NCBI RefSeq assembly: GCF_006345805.1 | Contig: NW_021830454.1 | Coordinates: forward strand, 887-64,886 | Reading direction: 5' to 3' | DNA length: 64,000 nucleotides | Source: Octopus sinensis | Lineage: Eukaryota | In this document: one piece after another, positions 53,871 to 64,000 of the stretch | How positions within the stretch are numbered: the first letter of the stretch is position 1 | Layout: every line of letters begins with the position of its first letter | Notes under the pieces: generated by a model | Database searches by the model: none | Told to the model about the DNA's origin: nothing | The model's input: only the letters and a program-made list of their open reading frames with translations | Translations under genes and position numbers: made by a program

Positions 53871-54030
53871 TTTGAACGTCATTTATACCGAGATTATAAA
53901 TATCACTTTATATACGATCATCAAAAATTAATATGCATACAGATATACAGAATGATACACAGAATGATATTTTAAACCAACACTGCTTCTGTTTCTAACA
54001 AGGAATTTTGACATACATACGGGGGGGGGG

Positions 54031-54327
54031 AGCACTCCGTCGGTTACGACGATGAGGGTTCCGGTTGATCCGAATCAACGGAACAGCCTGCTCGTGAAAT
54101 TAACGTGTAAGTGGCTGAACACTCCACAGACGCGTGTACCCTTAACGTAGTTCTCGGGGATATTCAGCGTGACACAGAGAGTGACAAGGCCGGCCCTTTG
54201 AAATACAGGTACAACAGAAACAGGAAGTAAGAGTGAGAGAAAGTTGTGGTGAAAGAGTACAGCAGGGATCACCACCATCCCCTGCAGGAGCCTCGTGGCC
54301 CTAACCACTGGGCCATTGCGCCTCCAC
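54031..54327 (-). mobile_element. SINE family B with internal deletion, 9-bp TSD and oligo(C) tail
   Basis: ATACATACG at 54013-54021 and 54329-54337; G run 54021-54030. Confidence 0.85.
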
Positions 54328-55731
54328 TATACATACGAGGTGCCGTATTGCAGATGGAAGATAATGAAGAGGAGCGAAACAGCATTTGCTTCTGTAAGCT
54401 TTTTATTCACAAAATATTTGGTGTTATAACAATATGGTTTACGTGCATGAAATTTACGGGAGGTATGAACCTCAAATACCCCATATAACGAGAAACCATG
54501 GATTATGGAACCAGCACAGTTTGACATTTAGATGTTTCGATAACTGTTGACCTCAACAGTCATAGTTGAACTAAGAGCAGTTAATCGTTTAGTAAAGCAA
54601 TAATTACAATATTTGTTAACAAATATGAGTCGTTGATATATAAACAAAGAAACGAAGTGGTCACTTTATATATATATATGTTTGCGTGTATGCACATACA
54701 CACACACATAAACACACACAAACACACACATCCACACACATGCATACATACACAAGCATATACTTATGCATATGTAAATATATGTGCATAAACACATACT
54801 TATACATATGCATATGCAACGTGTATATCTCAAAATAAATGTTTAAGAACGCTTATATATGTGCATATATGAATATATATATATATATATGTATGTATAC
54901 ACATACATGCATACATGTATGTATATTCAAACACACCATCTAACGCTCGTACACACACACACACACACACACATATTTGTATACGAATGCATAAGTATAT
55001 TTAATCAGTTCACTATGTGTATGTTGAAATCAATTTTTCCATCAAATAATGTGTGTGTGTGTGTGTGTGAGCGAGTGTGTGTGTGTGTATGTGTGTGTTT
55101 ATTTAGATTTAGCACTGTAAATTCACAAAATGTTTTTTAAAAACAACATAAACAATATTATGTAAGTTAAGATTATCAATATACACATGTGTTTTCTTAT
55201 AGATAGAACTGAATATTTTTTCCTTACGTAAGGTTTGAATAGAAGCATAAAAATATTAAAAATTGTGAAATATTTCTATCTTTTCTTTCTTCTTTTCTTT
55301 TTTCTGTTTTTTTTTTGTTTTTTGTTGTTGTTTTTTTTTTGTTTGTTTTGGTGGTGAGGATATCTGAAAATCGAAGTTCTGCATGCAAGTTTGAAAAATA
55401 AAGATATACTTTATTACGTATGAATGTATGTATATATATATGCATACATATCACCACCGCCATACCCAGCCACTAACACACACATATTTTTGCATTTATA
55501 TATACATATACACTCATACATACCCACACACGGAAATATATATATATATATATATATGTAAATAAATATATAAATAAAAATGTACAAATATATATGCGTG
55601 TGCGTGTGTATGTTTTTGTGTGTGTATTTGTATTTTTCACACGCATGTGTTTAGGTCTTCGATTTTCGCTCATTCTTACTTACATGTCTACATTTACACA
55701 TCCACACACACACACACACGCGCCTACACAT

Positions 55732-55776
<45 letters not shown>

Positions 55777-57716
55777 TACTCATATATTTAATTTGAATTA
55801 TTCAACGTAGATGTAAGATCGTCTAAGCGGTAGTGGTGGTGGTTTTTGTCGAGGAGATGACGATGATGATGGTGGTGGTGGTGATGATGATGATGATGAT
55901 GATGATGATACGGAGATGGGAGCAGGACGGGGAAGTACTGTAGGAGAACGAACGTGCCAAAGATGAGGATAATGATGGTGATTGATGATAAGAGAAGCGA
56001 GTCGAAGGAAACGAAATCGAAACAATGCACATAGATGGCTTGAAAAGTGAAGGAAGGATAAATAAGAAGAACAAAGAAGAGGAGAAAGACGGGGAAGAGG
56101 AAGGGCTGGAGAGAAGAGGATAGGAAGAAGGGACAGCAAAAAGAAAACGAAAATAATGAGAAATATTTGGGGGCTCATTATAAATATACAGAAATCAAGA
56201 AGCTCCTCCGAACAGTTTGACATGCTAGAAATAAAAGTCAAATAACTTTCAGATTTTACTTTTGCTTTCTTATGGAATGAACGACACAAAATATTAAACT
56301 ACTCCCTGTTTCATTCATCCTGATTTGCAATAAGTTCGATAGTACCGTGGTTGCCATATTCTTCTATTTTGCTAAAGTCGAACAGGTAATTTAGGAAAAG
56401 GAATAGTGTGATTGACAGAGAGTATTTCTGAGAGCGCAGAAAAACCGATTGTGAGTATATATATATATATTTATGTATGTATGTATGTATATATATATAT
56501 ATATATATATATACGGATGACAGACAGGAGTGGGTGAAAGAGAAGGAGGCAGATTAATTTCACGGATATATTTTTTATATCAACCTTGAAAAGATGGTGT
56601 AAAATTCGTCCTTCGTGGGAATTGAACTTGGGTCACGAAGATCTAGAATAAATAAAAGAGAAGGCATTGATCAATGTGACTGATTTAAACTTTCGTGATT
56701 TAGCCGAAATATGTAACATTTGGTTGCTTGTAGACGAGACGGGATTCTTTAAGGCAATAAGGCCAAATTTTCATTCTTAATCTCATTCACTATGGATTTC
56801 CTAATATATTTGCTAACTTCTGTCACATAAAGCACAATATAGGCAAAATAGTAATAATATATCCATTCATTAATACTGTTTGTTTTTCCTCGCCGTACAA
56901 TTATTTCTAATTACCTTTTTAATCTTACGTTTTCAACCGCCACAACCGAGATGTTTTTTGCCCTGAGGACTCTGTACCTCATTAGGTCCTTAATTTCATA
57001 TTGCATTTCTCTGCCAATTGTGAAAATGCAGAAGAGTGGTTTGTATCATTTATGAAGATTTGTAACTCCTCAAAATTTAATATTCGATATGGTTCGTTGT
57101 TTAGCACAATAGCAACAAAACATACTCTGCATGAAGTAACTATAGTAAAAACGAAAAGGGGCCTGTATTCATAAATCTTCTCTTTGCTCGTGCTTTCACG
57201 CTATGAAATGTTTTGCGTTCACATGAAAAATCTGGTATAATTCCGTCCTACTACCTTAGGACGGCGAATTAAAAGCGTCATAAGAAGGTAGCATAAACTG
57301 CTTTGCAAGTTCAGATTTCACCGTGGTAAACTTTGGCTTAAATACATTCTGGATTAACAGAATAAAGTACCATACAAAAATCATGGGTTGACTGATTTGG
57401 TAGGCCATCAGGTGGAATGCACCGTGGCTTTTTATTTTAAATTTTGAGCCCAGAGGTCTTGATTGCAAGGATTTACTAGTTACTCAGTTTAACAGTAGCT
57501 CCTGATTCTTGGGTTCCTTTGGTGAGGATTGTTGCGTCGCAATGATCTGCAATAAGATTTCTGGTTTGAGGACAAATTCTTCAATCCCCTCGACTAGACC
57601 CGGCGGCCCTTTAAATGATATTAATCACAAGCGCAATAATTCCCACACTGATTAAACAGTAAAAAGTAGTATTACATAAAATGAACACTAAATAAATTAT
57701 ACTTTTCTTCTTTCAG

Positions 57717-57799
57717 CTTTGTTTCCATTTCATGCCGAGTACATACCCGGCACCGAGGACAAAGAAATTCACTATATACTTGATAAGCTATTAAAATAA
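57717..57799 (+). CDS. Candidate terminal coding exon
   Basis: Strong acceptor acttttcttctttcag; phase-1 frame LFPFHAEYIPGTEDKEIHYILDKLLK*; ATTAAA/AATAAA overlapping the stop. Confidence 0.3.
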
Positions 57800-57891
57800 A
57801 CACACCAGGTTGTTCAGTTACAAAATCGAAAGAAGTTATTATTTACATTATTTACATTTGATGGATATTTGTCGTCATCTTTTCTGTTGTT

Positions 57892-57940
57892 AACACAACG
57901 ATTCCGCTGGTATACCCTCCAGCCTTCATCAGATGTCTTG
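57892..57940 (-). ncRNA. Minimal type-I hammerhead-like motif (left arm), GAAA box mutated
   Basis: Minus: GACAT CTGATGA A GGCTGG AGGGTATA CCAGCG GAAT CG TT GTGTT. Confidence 0.65.
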
Positions 57941-57999
57941 GGGAAATTTCGAACCTGGGTTCTCATTCCTAAGGTATTTTTCGATGTTATTGTTGTTGT

Positions 58000-58050
<51 letters not shown>

Positions 58051-58110
58051 GATAATAATAATGACATCGAAAAATACTTTAGGAATGAGAACCCAGGTTC
58101 GAAATTTCCT

Positions 58111-58160
58111 CAAGACACCTGATAAAGGCTGGAAGGTACATCAGCCGAAATGTTGTGTTA
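58111..58160 (+). ncRNA. Minimal type-I hammerhead-like motif (right arm), G8 mutated
   Basis: GACAC CTGATAA A GGCTGG AAGGTACA TCAGCC GAAA TG TT GTGTT; stem I GACAC/GTGTT and stem II GGCTG/CAGCC pair. Confidence 0.7.
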
Positions 58161-59187
58161 ACAACAAACAAGATGAAGACAAATATCCGTCAAATATAAA
58201 TAATGTAAATAATGTGGATAATTCATCTCTTAAATATAGAACTGCAAAGGAAGTTATATTGAAAAGATATAATTATAATTCGTAGTGACATTTCACACGT
58301 CTGTACGCTCTGAGATCAAGTGCTACCGAGGTGGACTGTGCCTTTCCTCATTTCAGTGCATTGTGTTCTTGAGCAAAGCATTTTATTTAATATTGCTCCA
58401 GTCTTGGTAGTTGAAAATGAGTATCAGCTTCTAAAGCGCTTGATTTTCCTCCTCCAGAGTATAAGGTATTTTTCTATAGCCATTTTGGCGCCGGCACTTT
58501 GGCGTTGCTGATTCGACGCTGACCTATTTGATATGAGACGTTTTAATGGTTCTCTCGTTCTCTTTCACTTCCGCCTCTCTCTCTCCCCTTTCTCTGTTTA
58601 TGTGTTCATATTAGAAGATGGTAGTATTTAACATAAATCCTGTTCAATTATAAGTTGTAATTTTTCCCTCTCTCTCCTTTCCCATACCTCACTCTTTCTA
58701 TTTGTATTTATATATTTCTGCACGAATATGCGTGTGGGTCTACGCGCGCGTGTTTATGCACGTGTGAATCTGTGTATGTTTGTATCTGTGCGTATGCGTA
58801 TTTGTTATTTTTCCAGCGCCAAAATGTACTGTCACAAAAAACAGACTTAATGTCCAATCCACCGTTCTAAACTCTCAGCCTGCGTCGTCTCATTGCACTC
58901 CCCCCAGCAGACACATTCTTAACCTTTGATTGGGTAATGAAAAGTCATGCTCGTTAACGTAATGATATCAATTATTTATCAAAACTTAGACTTGATATCC
59001 TCTGCCACTGCAATACTTTTCACAACGTCTCCTGTAGGAATGGTTTTCATATCCACCATTATAGTGTTTGATTCTTGCTCTGAAAACAACTGTTTGATGA
59101 AATACATGAAAAAATTAAGAAAATCTTAAAAATATTCCTTTGTAAAATGTGTCACGGTGTTGTCTGCTGAACATATATGATATAATG

Positions 59188-59221
<34 letters not shown>

Positions 59222-59940
59222 TATATTATTTAATCACTCTTTCCTTTAACAATTAATTTTTAAATTTGTCTAAATCAAAATTCTCCTGCAAATATGAATG
59301 GAATATTAACAAACATTCATCCAATTGTCAACGTTTCGCAATGAATGGCTAACACCAAAATAATACCAGTGTCGCGCCACCCTGGTGTACAATATCAGTT
59401 ACATAAAATATCACAACGAGGAATACGAATTTTACACCCTTATGACAGTTCTTTTAATCAAAATAAAAACAACTGTACAGAAGATAAATTTGAGACACCG
59501 TGATTACATAACGTACTTTGTTTATGATAAATTTATGATTACATTATTTATTCTAGAATACTGTTTCAAAGTTTTGTCTATATCCACTGGATCAAGCATT
59601 TTCCCCAGCAACACAACTATAAAATATAAGACATACGAAATATACTAGTAAAATAAGAGCAAATATTTTGCAAATGTGCGTCTTATGCGCCGGCATATGC
59701 GATGCCTCTGTTTTCTAATGACTTCTGAAGTTGACTTAGATGTCAACCTGCCATTATGTGACAAGGAATATACTTCATCAATAGAAACTGTGCTTATCTT
59801 AAAGTAAAAATGGATTTTAACCATCAAGCATGGTTGCACGTAAACCTGATGCTGTATAACCATACCTATTGCATATCACGACTTTCAGGAATATAAGGTA
59901 ATGGTGTTTCTGTCGGTGGTGGCAGTGGCGAAGTTCTTAC

Positions 59941-59979
59941 CATCCTTTCAGCAGTCATATTCATGTCAAATTACGTTTA
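59941..59979 (-). other. Candidate 39-nt exon containing a possible start codon (MNMTAERM)
   Basis: Acceptor ctcatttgtgcag, strong donor ATG|gtaaga, in-frame stops upstream of ATG 59964. Confidence 0.25.
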
Positions 59980-60603
59980 CTGCACAAATGAGCGCCGTTA
60001 CATGTACCTTGACTACATGCAGTATTTTCTTTTGGACATGTGTTTTTCATGCTAAAATTTGTTTGTATTTTTACTATCATTAATTTTTGTAATTATATAA
60101 TATCATTATTAATATTATCATCAATGTTATGACTGATATTATTATCAACATTATCATACACACACACACATACACACACACACACACACACACATACACA
60201 CAAAATCTTAATTCAGCTTACCTGCCTCCCTTCCAAATTATATCAAAATAAAGACTAAACAAAAAAGTTTATAATTATGATTTTTTTCCTTCATTATTTT
60301 TTGTTTTTATGCAGCATCACAAGAAAAAAAACCCAACAACAACAACATTCTAAACATTAATAAAAACAATTAAAAAAAGAAAGAAAGAAATTCTAATGGC
60401 CATGCATGGTGTATCAAAATCTTGATATTCTTTAAACGGCAAAATGAATTTAAATAAAGTCCAGATGAAACGCGATGGAAGTTGCATAGGAACAGAGCAA
60501 AATAGCGCTAGGTCTATTTGATTACATATAAACATATTCATACACTCATACAAGGATATATACAAACATACACACTATATATATGTATGGTTATACGTAT
60601 ACA

Positions 60604-60672
<69 letters not shown>

Positions 60673-60699
60673 ATGTATGTATGTATGTATGTATGTATG

Positions 60700-60736
<37 letters not shown>

Positions 60737-60976
60737 CATTATATATATATGTATATATATACATGCATACAATATATATATATGTATGTATATATCTGTA
60801 TGTGAGATATTGTGTGTGAGTGTGCCTGTGTGTGTATGGATACACGTACACATACACATTGCATATAAGAAGCAGATATATACGCGTACAAAAGTATATG
60901 TCAGCGTAAACAAATACATACGTATATATATATGTCTGTGTGTGTCTGTGTATATGTACATATATATATATATATA

Positions 60977-61020
<44 letters not shown>

Positions 61021-61583
61021 TGTGTGTATGTATATACATATATACACTCACTCACACACAGATGCATTTATACACAAACGTATAAACACGCACACACCCA
61101 CACATATATATACTCACATATATAAATACATATAAACATGTTTTCTTATGGAAGTATTTCAGCGCCTTCATGCCCGTGTACGTGTATCAATCTGATTACG
61201 TGTGCATGTGTGTATGTGTCGGGGTGTATGTGTCGGGGTGTGAGTGTCTGTGTTTGTGTGCGTGCATGACCGTGTAAGTGCGTCGTAGTGTGACTGCGTA
61301 TGTGTGACTGTGTGTGTGTGTGTGTGTTTATGTCTGGGTGTTTAGGAGATTATCTACGTATATGTAAGTATGTGTGAATACCGTTTTCTTTTCCTTTATT
61401 CCTTTTCTTACTCATTTCTCGCTTTTATTTCCATATTCAAGATAAAATCACATTCTTTGCTGTTGGCGTGGTCATTATAAGCAATAGAGCTTCACAGAAA
61501 TACGCTATTACACATACACACATGTACACATACGCACACACGCAAACACACACTCACAAAGATTTACACAAAGACATTTCACT

Positions 61584-61614
<31 letters not shown>

Positions 61615-61883
61615 AATACATGCTCATTCGTACATATGAACACATACATATATGTATATCTAATGTATTTTTGGTACATTTAGCTTTCTTTTACCTTTTT
61701 TCGTTGATAAAATTTTCTTTATAGAATTATATTGAAGTTATAATTTAAAAAGTTTAAGATTTATATATATATATATATATATCTATATATATATTGCATG
61801 TTTGTTATATGTAACATATACATGCATATATATATGATACATATACATATATATTATATGCATATATATGTATACATACATAT

Positions 61884-61927
<44 letters not shown>

Positions 61928-62099
61928 TCATGTATATAGATAGACATATGTACTTATGATCATACATGCGTATATGCATGTGCACAAACTTGCACGTATC
62001 ATATTACTGTATGTATATGAGGGTACCTTTGTACGTATTTGTATGCGTATGCATATATTCAATGGCGTCGATTATGAAGGTTGTATTGATGATGATAAC

Positions 62100-62148
<49 letters not shown>

Positions 62149-62394
62149 GGTAGAAGAGGCGGAGGTGGTGGAAGAGGAGGAAGAGTAAGAATATGGCACT
62201 CATAGTAATATCGATAATATATATATATATATATACATGTATCAATAAAAGTTACCACCATCATCATCATCGTATTCATCAAGCTTACTGCTAGTTCATT
62301 ACCACTATAATTAATACTGTGCTCATTATTTACCATCATCAACATCGTCATCATCATCACCACCATTATTATCACCATCATCAGCATCATCCTT

Positions 62395-62490
62395 CTTTTT
62401 CTTCTTCTTCTTCTTCTTCTTCTTCTTCTTCGACTTCTTCTTCTCCTCCCTTCTTTTTCTTCTCCTTCTTTTTCTTCTTCTTCTAATTAC

Positions 62491-62528
<38 letters not shown>

Positions 62529-62529
62529 T

Positions 62530-62565
<36 letters not shown>

Positions 62566-62570
62566 ATTTT
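62395..62570. repeat. Compound (CTT)n(ATT)n(GTT)n microsatellite
   Basis: Direct reading. Confidence 0.9.
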
Positions 62571-62871
62571 TTTGTTCGGCTAAGAATTGTAGGCATGTTA
62601 TTGTAAGTAAATTTTCAGATGTGGGGTTGTTTTTTTCCCCTCTCCCTCACTCTCGGTCTCTCGCTATAATTATATATTCATATCTGCAGGAGTATGTACA
62701 CACACACACAGACACATACCAATATATATAGATATATAGATATATATATGTGCGTGTGTATACATATATACGTGTATATATATATATACATATACGTATA
62801 TGTACATATATATATATACATACATACATATTATACATTAATATATATATTATATATATATATATAATATC

Positions 62872-62907
<36 letters not shown>

Positions 62908-62908
62908 T

Positions 62909-62949
<41 letters not shown>

Positions 62950-63249
62950 GTATATATATATGCACTTTGGCCATTACGTTTTGCTTCTTAATCTATTCAT
63001 CAACATTTTTGCATAATACTGTGGTGAGCTCAATGAATGTTGGAGGAGAGATGGAGGGGGAGAGGGATGTACTGAGGCAGGGAGAGAGAGAGAGAGAGAG
63101 AGAGTGAGAGAGAAAGAGAATGAGAGAAAGAGAAAGAGAAAGAGAGAGAGAGATGTTAGAAAACGTGTAAAGTGTGCGTGTTGGAGTGGTGGATAATTTG
63201 AATAGAAAAAGAACAAGTTGTGAAGCATATATATATATTATATATATAT

Positions 63250-63291
<42 letters not shown>

Positions 63292-64000
63292 ATATATATG
63301 TTCACATGCATATATATATGTGTGTAGATGAGTATGTATGTATTTATGTATGTATGTATATGCCGATGCGTGCGAGTGTGAATATAAGCGTTTTGTATAT
63401 ATTTATATGTATGCATACATTATATATATCTATATATAATATATATATATATATATACACATATATATATATATATATATTATATATACTGAGAGTATGT
63501 GAGATAGGGGGTGGCCGAGAAAGTGTGAGACAGAGTGAGATAAATATGGGCGAATAGATGTGAGGGAGCGCTATACTTTCGCTGGGGAGAGAAAAAACGA
63601 TTAAGTGAGAGACGTTTGGGACATTGCGTGAGAATACTATGAAAAGAGAAGTAGCAGAGAGACAAAGAGCAAGAGAATGGTGTGTCAGAGAAGAAGGGAG
63701 AGGGTTATGGAAAGTTATGCCGAGTTGAATGAAAACTATATTGAAGATATATAAAAGAGGATAAAGCGAGATTGAGAGAGAGAAAGAAAGAAAGCGAGAG
63801 AGTGAGAGAGAGAGAGAGGGAGAGAGGGAGAGAGAGAGCGTGTGAAATAGAGATCAGAAGATCTATAGTGTATAAGAGAGGATTATAAGACAAAATCTTG
63901 AGGGAAATGCAAGGGATTAAATAAAATACACACAAACATATTTATAATATATATACATACACACACACCACATATATATATATATATATATATAAATGTA

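Larger units (their letters stand above)
57838..58213. repeat. Head-to-head inverted repeat: 150-bp arms (~90% identical) around a 76-bp (AAT)n spacer
   Basis: Reverse complement of 57838-57987 vs 58064-58213 gives 15 mismatches by manual count. Confidence 0.95.

Overview
Eukaryotic, AT-rich and extremely repeat-rich DNA. The tRNA-derived SINE families and the microsatellite load suggest a cephalopod, probably Octopus (inference, not confirmed by a search). Nearly all ORFs in the supplied track are read-throughs of microsatellites. Recognisable coding content is transposon-derived: a near-complete CR1/Jockey-superfamily LINE ORF2 (33.3-36.3 kb), a decayed Penelope-like element with RT and GIY-YIG (30.2-32.2 kb), a second PLE RT remnant (26.6-26.9 kb), a 5'-truncated R4/Dong-like RLE LINE flanked by (TAA)n (39.7-41.7 kb), a nested cluster of five fragments of a second RLE LINE family (37.1-39.5 kb), a DD41D-type Tc1/mariner remnant, mariner fragments, hAT and Tigger-like MITEs, and about 20 SINE copies. 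The most unusual signal is a set of minimal type-I hammerhead-ribozyme-like motifs. Several sit at inversion junctions, including a 150-bp head-to-head palindrome (57838-58213) whose two copies carry different core lesions. A few unique islands have splice-site-bounded open frames that may be exons of an unidentified host gene, but no gene model could be assembled.
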